64,000 nucleotides of DNA, from the IMG/VR virus record IMGVR_UViG_3300031565_000002. One strand, written 5' to 3'. The first letter of the stretch is position 1. Each line of letters opens with the position of its first letter. The stretch is from an uncultured virus (IMG/VR IMGVR_UViG_3300031565_000002). Lineage: Duplodnaviria > Heunggongvirae > Uroviricota > Caudoviricetes. Below, in pieces: positions 29,115-38,170 of the stretch. Under the pieces are notes generated by a model. The model saw only the letters and a list, made by a program, of their open reading frames with translations. It was not told the origin of the DNA and did no database searches. Both the position numbers and the translations under genes were made by a program.

Positions 29115-30308
29115 TTAAACCTCGATGTTTGATTCATAGGCAAAAATTGCATCATCTAATATATCTTCAACTTCATCTATAATTTCAGCCTTAAATTCAT
29201 TTCTCTTTAACGTAGTAGCCCTAAAAATTCTTCTGCAATATTTATAAACAGTATCTTTTGATAACAATTCTTTAACATCATCCTGATACTTCATCCTAAA
29301 TGTATTAATCATCATACATTTTGCACAAACGCCACACATCCTTTGATAAAATGGGAATTCGGGATAATTCTTAATTGCCCTTTTCCTATGTGATGCTAAA
29401 AAACCACTCAACATCATACAACTTACTGTTTCCTTCATAATGTCAGGATAATTTTCCATCAAATAAATAAGTGGTGTTTTTGTATCAGGAACTCCACTAA
29501 CCATCTTTATATCAAGTCCAATATTACTTAAAAATTCATTAAATAATTTTATTACCGGGACCGTCTCGCTGAATGTCGGTGGTTGAACATGAAATATATC
29601 TTTCTCAGTCTGTATTGTCCCCATTATAACCTGCGATGCCCCAAAACTTAAAGCAACAGGAATAATCAATGCTGTAGCCATTGATATTTCAGCACCATTT
29701 AGAATACCTCTATGTTTCTTAAAACTATTCTTTATTTTTATAGATACTAATTTGACTCCAATTTTATTACATATAACAGAACAAGCACCTCTCTCCTGTT
29801 CAGGACATATACCCATAATATTATCAACATAAACTGCTACAACATTATCTTTCCCATAATTTTCAATAGCCTTAACTAATGCATAAACAGAATCCTTACC
29901 ACCAGACAAACCCACCACAGCCCTTTCGCCTGACACCCTATAGGATATAGGCTCATACAATTCTTCTCCATTCTGCTCTATGGTTGGTGGCTCTAAATCA
30001 ACCCTACTATAATAAAGATTTATAATATCAACTACAGCAATATCAACAGGACGATCTAGTGAAATTTTTTCGGGGAAATAATTAGGGGCTATAGAATAAA
30101 AAACACCAACATTATAATATAAAATATCAAACAAACTCATAAAACTTTTATAAAAATCTTTCTGTTCAACACTAAATATCTTTCCACCAGTAAAAAGAGA
30201 ATGCCCCTCATGAACAAGTGTAGCAACAACTTTTCTTCTCGGATCATCAATAAAATAAAGTGTCTCCTTTACCGGAACTGGCTGATAATTTTTTGTCTTA
30301 GATGTCAT
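29115..30308 (-). CDS. PP-loop ATP pyrophosphatase (QueC/MurL-like)
   Basis: GLSGGKDS; C-terminal SC...CGVCAKC. Confidence 0.65.
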   Translation of the reverse strand: MTSKTKNYQPVPVKETLYFIDDPRRKVVATLVHEGHSLFTGGKIFSVEQKDFYKSFMSLFDILYYNVGVFYSIAPNYFPEKISLDRPVDIAVVDIINLYYSRVDLEPPTIEQNGEELYEPISYRVSGERAVVGLSGGKDSVYALVKAIENYGKDNVVAVYVDNIMGICPEQERGACSVICNKIGVKLVSIKIKNSFKKHRGILNGAEISMATALIIPVALSFGASQVIMGTIQTEKDIFHVQPPTFSETVPVIKLFNEFLSNIGLDIKMVSGVPDTKTPLIYLMENYPDIMKETVSCMMLSGFLASHRKRAIKNYPEFPFYQRMCGVCAKCMMINTFRMKYQDDVKELLSKDTVYKYCRRIFRATTLKRNEFKAEIIDEVEDILDDAIFAYESNIEV

Positions 30309-30318
30309 TAATGCTCAC

Positions 30319-33300
30319 TTAATAATTAATCTCAAACCCACTCTGTACAATCAGATATAACATCTGATTATCGTTACCAACTTTTAAATCTGATGGTATT
30401 ACTTCTCCATTCAACACAAAATCAACGGGTATAATTCCACCTGAATAATTACTTAATATCCCCTGTAAATTCATTATATCTGTTTGACTCTTTCCTGAAA
30501 CATTTATCTGCAAAGGCTTAACAACACTTGACAATTGTGACTTATCTGGCAATATCGCCTTATCTATTATAATCTGAACTTTATCATCATTTTTATCTAC
30601 CCTGCCCTGAATAATAACAATGTTATCCATAGTTAAAATTTCTTGACACTGATTCCTAGTCCTCTCAAAAACTATTCCAGATGCTGCACCACTATCATCC
30701 ATCAAATCAACATACAACATGATACCTTGAGAATATGTTTTAGATTTATAACCATTAATAACAACTGGTAATTCAACCTTTTTGCCGACATAATCCTCAA
30801 GATTACCCAATTTTACAGCAGAATTAAGAAATAATGCGGCAGCTACTTCAAGATGATTATAACTTATTGACATCCCTAATATCTCTTTCTCTCCCCTTCC
30901 CTTTTCTTCATCTGTCAAATCGGCAATATTAGGAAGATTAATGCAAACATCATCTTCTTCAACAAGATCATCACATAAATCATCAAAAGTTAACTGTCCT
31001 CTATCGTTCTTATCTAATTTATCTTTCCCAATACTTATAGCATCCGGCAATATAGACAATAACTGTCCCCTATTAGCAATACTATCAAAACAACCGCACT
31101 TAATTAAACTCTCCACAACCTTTTTGCTCACCCTAACTCTACTACAAAAATTTTCGAGTGTTGAAAAACTACCGTTCTTATTTCTATCAGCAAGAATTTT
31201 ATCAACACCCACTGACCCTAAATTCCTAATAACCGCTAACCCACATCTTATTTTATTATCTGCAGTAACTTCAAAACCTCTATAACTCTCATTTATGTCA
31301 GGTAACATTACAGGAATATTTAACCTTTTTGCTTCGATATAATACTGCTTTATTTTATCGTCTTTATCCATAATAGACGTTAAAAGCGATGCCATAAACT
31401 CTATCGTATAATTTGCCTTTAAATAAGCAGTCCAATAAGCTATAAGGGCATATCCAGTGCTATGTGCTTTATTAAACCCATATGCTGCAAATTTCGCTAT
31501 TTCTTCAAAAAGATTAGTCATTTGGCCATGAGATAACCCACTTGTATTAACTCCTCCATTAACAAATTCTTCACGCATAGCATCCATAACTTCCTGTTTC
31601 TTTTTCCCCATCGCTTTGCGTAATACATCTCCCCTACCCATTGTAAATCCACATAATGATACTGACAACTGCATTATTTGTTCCTGATAAACTATAACCC
31701 CATAAGTCTCTTCTAAAATAGTCCGCATTGATTCGTGTAAATATGTGATTTGTTCATACCCATTTTTCCTATTAATAAATCTGTCTGTCATACCAGACTG
31801 TAAAGGTCCAGGTCTATATAAAGCAACAAGAGCAACAATATCAGCGAAATTATTATTCTGCATACCAAGCCTACCCAACAACTTCCTCATACCATGACTC
31901 TCAAGCTGAAATATTCCTGCTGTTTCCCCTCCATCCAACATCCGATAGACCTTATCGTCGTCAAGGGGAACTTCCAACATTTTGATATCTATTCCCTTCC
32001 TTTGTTTAATCAATCTCTCTGTTTCGCTTATTACGGTCATAGTACGCAAACCTAAGAAATCAACTTTCAACATTCCGGCAGCATCAACACTCTCCATATC
32101 AAACTGCGTAGCCAGTTGCCCTTCCTTATCAACTGTAAGTGGAACAAAATTATCTATTCCACCATCTGCTATAACTATCCCACTAGCATGTATACCGGCA
32201 TATTTAATACACCCGCCCAATTTTCTACCAACATCTAATAATTCTCTATTAACCGAATTTTCTTCCAACGCACTTTTAAGTTCATCATTGGCTTTGATAT
32301 TATTGTCAATCGTATCAGCAGGCAATAATACCATTTTAGATATTCTCTGACTCTCCTGGAAAGGTATCCCCAATACTTTAGCTACAGCATTGAGGGCACT
32401 TTTTGCTCCAAGTACTCCAAAAGTAATAATACTACTTACATTCTCTTTCCCATATTTATTCGTAACATAATCAATAACATCCTGTCTACGAAAATAACAA
32501 AAATCTATGTCAATATCAGGCATAGAAATTCTTTCCGGATTTAAAAATCTCTCAAAAAATAATCCGTATTTTAATGGGTTAATATCAGTGATAAAAAGAC
32601 AATAAACCACAATACTTGCAGAACAACTACCGCGACCAGGGCCAATCGCTATCCCTCTATCCCTAGCCCATCTAATAAAATCATGCACTACAAGAAAATA
32701 TTCAGAAAATCCACATTCTTTAATAATACGTAATTCATATTGAATTCTATCTTCGATCTCTTTTGTAATTTCTCCATTAAATCTAACTTGTGCCCCATCA
32801 TATGTTTTCTTCTCAAGATAATCATTCAGAGTTGACCCACTAGGAACAGCATATTTAGGGAAATGATGGGTTTTTAAATCTAACTCAAAATCAACTTTAT
32901 CAGCGACTTCACACGTTCTATGTATAGCATCTAAATCATCGGGAAATAATATAGCCATTTCTGACTCTGACATTAAATGATAACCAGTTCCATCATATCT
33001 CTGCCTATCTGGATCATCCATCTTTTTCCCGGTACCTATACAAAGCATAGCATCATGGGCTTCAGCATCGTCCTTATCTAAATAATGAGTATCATTTGTA
33101 ACAACAAGAGGAATGCCAAGTTGATTAGACATCTCCTTAAAAAAACTTCTTATAATACGTTCCTTTGGTATATTATGTTCCTGGAGTTCAAGGTAAAAAT
33201 CATCACCAAAAACACTGCGATACCATTTAACTTCTTCTATAGCATCATTAATTCTATCAGATAATACTAATTGCTGTATAGACCCAGCTAAGCAAGCAGG

Positions 33301-33717
33301 TAAACAAATAAGTCCATCCTTATATTCAGATAACACCTGTTTATCTATGCGGGGTTTATAATAAAAGCCTTTTGTAAAACCAACAGATGATAATTTAACA
33401 ATATTTTTATAACCAATTTCATTTTTTGCCAATAAAATAAGATGTGAAAAACCTTTTTTGCCCTTTTCGGTAGTTTTATCTGTCATTAAACCTTTAGCCA
33501 AATAAAATTCACATCCAATAATGGGTTTAATGTTATTTTTAACCGCCTTTTTATAAAAATCAACAGCACCATACAAATTACCATGATCAGTCATAGCAAC
33601 GGCTGTATGCCCAAATTGCTTCAACCTATCAAATAATGGGTCTAACTGAACTATACTATCACAAATTGAATAATTTGTATGCAAATGCAAATGTGTAAAT
33701 GCCAAAATAATCTCCAT
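30319..33717 (-). CDS. dnaE: DNA polymerase III alpha subunit
   Basis: PHP HLHLHTNYS/TDHG, GPGRGS, SMPDIDIDF, YGFNKAHS. Confidence 0.97.
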   Translation of the reverse strand: MEIILAFTHLHLHTNYSICDSIVQLDPLFDRLKQFGHTAVAMTDHGNLYGAVDFYKKAVKNNIKPIIGCEFYLAKGLMTDKTTEKGKKGFSHLILLAKNEIGYKNIVKLSSVGFTKGFYYKPRIDKQVLSEYKDGLICLPACLAGSIQQLVLSDRINDAIEEVKWYRSVFGDDFYLELQEHNIPKERIIRSFFKEMSNQLGIPLVVTNDTHYLDKDDAEAHDAMLCIGTGKKMDDPDRQRYDGTGYHLMSESEMAILFPDDLDAIHRTCEVADKVDFELDLKTHHFPKYAVPSGSTLNDYLEKKTYDGAQVRFNGEITKEIEDRIQYELRIIKECGFSEYFLVVHDFIRWARDRGIAIGPGRGSCSASIVVYCLFITDINPLKYGLFFERFLNPERISMPDIDIDFCYFRRQDVIDYVTNKYGKENVSSIITFGVLGAKSALNAVAKVLGIPFQESQRISKMVLLPADTIDNNIKANDELKSALEENSVNRELLDVGRKLGGCIKYAGIHASGIVIADGGIDNFVPLTVDKEGQLATQFDMESVDAAGMLKVDFLGLRTMTVISETERLIKQRKGIDIKMLEVPLDDDKVYRMLDGGETAGIFQLESHGMRKLLGRLGMQNNNFADIVALVALYRPGPLQSGMTDRFINRKNGYEQITYLHESMRTILEETYGVIVYQEQIMQLSVSLCGFTMGRGDVLRKAMGKKKQEVMDAMREEFVNGGVNTSGLSHGQMTNLFEEIAKFAAYGFNKAHSTGYALIAYWTAYLKANYTIEFMASLLTSIMDKDDKIKQYYIEAKRLNIPVMLPDINESYRGFEVTADNKIRCGLAVIRNLGSVGVDKILADRNKNGSFSTLENFCSRVRVSKKVVESLIKCGCFDSIANRGQLLSILPDAISIGKDKLDKNDRGQLTFDDLCDDLVEEDDVCINLPNIADLTDEEKGRGEKEILGMSISYNHLEVAAALFLNSAVKLGNLEDYVGKKVELPVVINGYKSKTYSQGIMLYVDLMDDSGAASGIVFERTRNQCQEILTMDNIVIIQGRVDKNDDKVQIIIDKAILPDKSQLSSVVKPLQINVSGKSQTDIMNLQGILSNYSGGIIPVDFVLNGEVIPSDLKVGNDNQMLYLIVQSGFEINY

Positions 33718-33766
33718 TTATAAAAATGTTGTACTATATACAGTATAAACATCAGACCAAAAAAGT

Positions 33767-33789
33767 AAAAGCCCTTAATTAAAAGGGCT
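33767..33789 (-). terminator. Probable intrinsic terminator
   Basis: agccctt-aattaa-aagggct hairpin with a short U-run. Confidence 0.45.
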
Positions 33790-33834
33790 CATCTATAACC
33801 TGCAAATATGCTATTTACGCAATATAAAAGACGG

Positions 33835-34662
33835 CTATTCTCTACCCATTAATAGGTTTAAAGAGTTAATGGCTACTAACTCTTTACTAATACTTCTATT
33901 CTTAACAATAGAATAATAATAACTCAACTGACTTATCGCACCTTCTATGTTATCGTTGTTTATTGATTTCAAAGTATCATCAATCCCATCGCTAATAATT
34001 TTGCATCCATGCCGAACACATAAAACATCCCTCAATAATATCATTGAAAAATCAAGAAAATTTAATAAATCAAATTTAGTTTGTGATATTTTCTTGGTAT
34101 AATTAAAAAAAACATCAAGTTCACCATTCTGGACAGCAATCAACTCATCTACCATACCCCTATAATTTATATCAATCTTTTTAGCATAGGGATAATTAAA
34201 CTGCCTACACCTTGACCTAATAGTAGCAAGAAGACCAAAAACATCAACTGTAACTAATAGGAATATTGATTCAGGGGGTGGCTCTTCCAATATCTTCAAT
34301 AATGCATTCTGAGCCTGATCGGTCATTCTATCTGCATACTTAATAATAAAAACCCGATACTTACCCTCAAAAGGCTTCTTAAAAGCATCCCCTCTGATAC
34401 CCCTTATTGTTTCAATTTTTATGGTACTCAATTCACTCGACTCATCATCTTCATTCGGGATAATTGTAATATCAGAATGCTCATTTCTTTCTATTTTTGA
34501 GCACTGCTTACAGACATTGCAGCCAGTCCCATGTTCACAATTTACCCTTTTAGCAAAACCAATAGACTCATTAATACCAACATCACTATCAGCAACATGA
34601 ATGATATACGAATTACCAATCTCAAACTCCAATGAATCTGCAATCCTTATAAAATCACGCAT
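33835..34662 (-). CDS. holB: Clamp loader delta-prime subunit
   Basis: CNVCKQC zinc module, ADRMTDQAQNALLKILEEPP, TIRSRC. Confidence 0.9.
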   Translation of the reverse strand: MRDFIRIADSLEFEIGNSYIIHVADSDVGINESIGFAKRVNCEHGTGCNVCKQCSKIERNEHSDITIIPNEDDESSELSTIKIETIRGIRGDAFKKPFEGKYRVFIIKYADRMTDQAQNALLKILEEPPPESIFLLVTVDVFGLLATIRSRCRQFNYPYAKKIDINYRGMVDELIAVQNGELDVFFNYTKKISQTKFDLLNFLDFSMILLRDVLCVRHGCKIISDGIDDTLKSINNDNIEGAISQLSYYYSIVKNRSISKELVAINSLNLLMGRE

Positions 34663-35617
34663 AATAACACTCGAAAAGTTTCTTTAAAACAACACTATTT
34701 TTTGATAATTTGCTTCTAGCTGTCTGCTCAACTTGCCACGACCATGATTTAGCTGAATCATCATTGTATGATTTATTGTCACGCTTGCGAATTTTCCTAC
34801 CAATCCCCTTATAAGTTTCACCACCCTCACCATCAAGTCCCCATCTCATTGAAACTACATCAATCTCATCAGGACTTAAGTGTTCACTCATTTCACTCAT
34901 CAAAATATCTCTCAATTCAGATATAGATATTTCATCAGTAAAGTCGCCACGTTCGGTATCATCGCCGATAACAGCAACATTATCCATAACATCAGCATCA
35001 TCCACTATTACATTTCTACTATTCCATAATTTCTGTTTTCTAATAAGATTTAACATTGAACCATTTATACATCTCTTGAGAAATGGTATTGGTGAATTCC
35101 CACTCTTCATAGATTTACTTGGGGAAAATTCTATAGCGCCCTTAAATAGCGCTATATTGCTCTCACTCTGCAACTCTTCCCGTGGAACTATACAAGAATT
35201 ACCATACATCTTATTTGCTTGCTGATAAGCAAATTTCATGTAATTATTGTAAATTTCCAATGCATCTTCACGTGAAACCTTTTCGGATTTTTTATTACAT
35301 TCCTCTCGTTCTTCAACACTCTCAATATATCTCTCAAGATCTGTCTTATTTTCTGCATTTATACTATACAGCCCCTTAACAGGCTTTTTGTGCCCATTAT
35401 TATCGGAACAAGAATAAATCCTTTTAAAAATTCCTTCTTTTTTCCCTATGGATGCATTCAGAATACCTCTAATTTGGGCTTTGAAACCTTCATTATTAAC
35501 TTTATTTAACTTTTTACAAATAGCATCGTATATTTCATGCAAAAAATAAGGTCTGCCGCCAGCTTCACTTAAGAAGCTGACAACATGATATTTTAACGTA
35601 GCCTGCCTTGGTGCCAA
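34655..35617 (-). CDS. Sigma-70 family factor with extra N-terminal winged-HTH
   Basis: EELQSESNIALFKGAIEF (region 2), LSPDEIDVVSMRWGL..TYKGIG (region 4). Confidence 0.75.
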   Translation of the reverse strand: MAPRQATLKYHVVSFLSEAGGRPYFLHEIYDAICKKLNKVNNEGFKAQIRGILNASIGKKEGIFKRIYSCSDNNGHKKPVKGLYSINAENKTDLERYIESVEEREECNKKSEKVSREDALEIYNNYMKFAYQQANKMYGNSCIVPREELQSESNIALFKGAIEFSPSKSMKSGNSPIPFLKRCINGSMLNLIRKQKLWNSRNVIVDDADVMDNVAVIGDDTERGDFTDEISISELRDILMSEMSEHLSPDEIDVVSMRWGLDGEGGETYKGIGRKIRKRDNKSYNDDSAKSWSWQVEQTARSKLSKNSVVLKKLFECYYA

Positions 35618-35649
35618 CTTTACCCCCTTAACAAAAACTACTACCCGGG

Positions 35650-36102
35650 TTACTGTTCCTTTTTTTCTTCCTTTATCATGCCAACAGCTTCCTTGAGGAG
35701 TGCAGCATTATTCCGCATCATATCTTCATTCTGGATATTATTTAGTGCCTGAGTTAACAGTCCGACAACATCAGATCGAACATTTACATTCTGCACTGGA
35801 TGAACCTCTATCCTTTGATTACCCATATGCTGAACTATCTGAATAACTCTCATTGTTTTCCGGTCTTGTTCCTCGGCATTTTTTTTCAATTCTTCAGGGG
35901 TAAGTGGGCCTGACTGCTGCGGTTTACCTGGGGGTGTTGGTGGTATAGGTTCTTTTTCAGTACCAGGGCCTATCGGAGCAACATTAGGGGGAGGCCCTTG
36001 CTGATCTTTTACATCACTAGATTCATTGGTGATTACTTCCTTTTTTTCTGCATCAACAGGTTTTTTCTCATCTGTTGACTTGTTATCACTATCTGCCATC
36101 AT
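35650..36102 (-). CDS. Hypothetical protein, Pro-rich low-complexity N-terminus
   Basis: 150 aa; AGGAG RBS. Confidence 0.6.
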   Translation of the reverse strand: MMADSDNKSTDEKKPVDAEKKEVITNESSDVKDQQGPPPNVAPIGPGTEKEPIPPTPPGKPQQSGPLTPEELKKNAEEQDRKTMRVIQIVQHMGNQRIEVHPVQNVNVRSDVVGLLTQALNNIQNEDMMRNNAALLKEAVGMIKEEKKEQ

Positions 36103-36121
36103 AAGCTCCTTCTGTAAAATG

Positions 36122-36439
36122 TTAAGCTAATTTTAAGTTATTATCTAAAACTCTCTTTTTGAATTTCCTGTATATCTCAACCATAATATCAAGCCTAGCA
36201 CTTTGGTCATTAACATCACTCTTAATTCCTTTTAATGCTCCCATGTGTTCTTTAACAATTCCTTCTTCTTCCTTTGTCAAATCAAGTTTATCTAATATCT
36301 CCTGTAGAATACTTATCTTTGCATCATTGTGATACAACATGTTCTCATTACCTTCGACAGTTTTTTTCAAATTATCCATCTCATGAGTTACAAACTCTCT
36401 TCTAAATTTTGGATCATTGATACAGTCTTCTAATTTCAT
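36122..36439 (-). CDS. Hypothetical helical protein
   Basis: 105 aa; AGGAG RBS. Confidence 0.6.
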   Translation of the reverse strand: MKLEDCINDPKFRREFVTHEMDNLKKTVEGNENMLYHNDAKISILQEILDKLDLTKEEEGIVKEHMGALKGIKSDVNDQSARLDIMVEIYRKFKKRVLDNNLKLA

Positions 36440-36448
36440 CTATCTCTC

Positions 36449-37456
36449 CTAACTATTGCAAAAGTCAATAACAAAATTCTCAATCACAGCATTGCAACTC
36501 AGAGGACTGCTTTTCAATTTGATATCCATTGACAATAATTTATTAAAAGCCCGTACAACGTTAGTTGTCCCCAATTTCCTCGACTGACTCCCGACATTTC
36601 GCAAAAAATAAGGGTTAATACCTATTCTTTGAGCTATCGTAATATCATCGAGTCCAACACGATATAAACTATCATAAATAAGAATATTCTTAAGTTGACG
36701 ACAAAGAAGAGCGACCAATAAAATTCCCTGATCGCTCCTATCTTTTATCACATTTCCAATAGTTTTTAATGATTTGACAGTATCTTTTGAAATGATCATA
36801 TCAACAAGTGAAAAAATGCTATCACTCCTTATGTTCGACACTACCTGACTAACATCTTCAAGATTTATAGAATCCTTATTGACAGTATAAATCAATACTT
36901 TCTTTATCTCATTTTTCATTTTAGATAAATCAAAACCAATCATATCTATCATAAAGTCGATAATATGCTGATCAACATCTCTTTTTTTATCTGCAAATCC
37001 ACCCTTTATCCGATCAACCATATCATTATATTCTAACTCATAACAATTTATGATAACTGCCTTTTCAGAAAACTTCTCTATAAATTTTACTTTTTTAGGA
37101 CTGATCTGTTCAGATGTAGAAAAAACACCTATAGTAGAATCCCCAGGATCATCAAGCCACTTTTTTAGAATGTTCTTAACCTTAACAGTACACTTATTTA
37201 CATCCCTTATAACAACAATCCTATACTCATTCATCATTGGAGCAGCACTCAACTCTCCTATAATCTGACTATCATTAACTTCCTTCCCCTGCATGATTGT
37301 CAAATCAAAATCTTCATCATATTTACCTTCATACTTTTCCAATATTAGGGATATACCTTCATCTTTCAAAAAACCCTCGTTCCCATTAAAAAGGAATATC
37401 TGATCTTTTGATTTCCTGAAACTAGTTAAGAATCTTTTATACGATAAAGTGCTCAT
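36449..37456 (-). CDS. holA: Clamp loader delta subunit
   Basis: FLFNGNEGFL, APMMNEYRIVVIRD, NEIKK, SIFSLVD, DIKLKS. Confidence 0.88.
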   Translation of the reverse strand: MSTLSYKRFLTSFRKSKDQIFLFNGNEGFLKDEGISLILEKYEGKYDEDFDLTIMQGKEVNDSQIIGELSAAPMMNEYRIVVIRDVNKCTVKVKNILKKWLDDPGDSTIGVFSTSEQISPKKVKFIEKFSEKAVIINCYELEYNDMVDRIKGGFADKKRDVDQHIIDFMIDMIGFDLSKMKNEIKKVLIYTVNKDSINLEDVSQVVSNIRSDSIFSLVDMIISKDTVKSLKTIGNVIKDRSDQGILLVALLCRQLKNILIYDSLYRVGLDDITIAQRIGINPYFLRNVGSQSRKLGTTNVVRAFNKLLSMDIKLKSSPLSCNAVIENFVIDFCNS

Positions 37457-37609
37457 AATTCATCAAAGAAAGTCGGCTGTGAAAAATCACTCATGACTTT
37501 ATTTTTTGTCTTTCTTTTCTTTTTTGATGATAATTTAACGGAATCGGCAATATTATCAATTTTCCTTTTTGGAGTTCGAACAAACAATTTCTTACTAACT
37601 TTTTCATCT

Positions 37610-38062
37610 TTATTCTTTTCCATTAATACCACCGACCTGATCTCTCTTCTTTTTAATTCTATCTCTTGTCCTACAAACTATACATAATACAGGCTTCTTT
37701 GTTTCATATTTAATATAACGACCACAATCCTCACAATTTACCACCTTATCGCCAGTGTAATATTTTCTCATCCAGTCTAATCTGGCTTTTCTGGCATGTT
37801 TAGGGCAATGTCTTGGCTTATTCGTCACATATGGAATACTTACGCTACACTCGTTACCATCTGACGTTGGATAGGTGCATTTCGCAATTTTAACTACTTC
37901 TTTAACCTTTTTGCGATATGCATCTCTTCTGAGTTTCTTGGAGTGATTTAATTGGCAGGACTGACATCTTTTGGGCTTACGCCCCCTACCATTGTAAGTA
38001 ACATAGTTATCACATTCATTAAAATTTGCACATTTATAACGAATAAAATCTTTGCAATACAT
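37610..38062 (-). CDS. Multi-zinc-finger basic protein
   Basis: Three C..C / KP..CxxC(H) repeats. Confidence 0.6.
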   Translation of the reverse strand: MYCKDFIRYKCANFNECDNYVTYNGRGRKPKRCQSCQLNHSKKLRRDAYRKKVKEVVKIAKCTYPTSDGNECSVSIPYVTNKPRHCPKHARKARLDWMRKYYTGDKVVNCEDCGRYIKYETKKPVLCIVCRTRDRIKKKRDQVGGINGKE

Positions 38063-38088
38063 TTAGGCGCTCCATGAAACTATAGTAT

Positions 38089-38116
38089 AATATAAGAACA
38101 TTTTCATTTATGTCAA
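38089..38116 (-). promoter_or_regulatory. sigma70-type promoter
   Basis: TTGACA-16 nt-TATATT. Confidence 0.6.
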
Positions 38117-38170
38117 ACTCTTTTTAATAAAATATAAATTTTTTTCATCACTTTTTCATCGTATTTTCAT

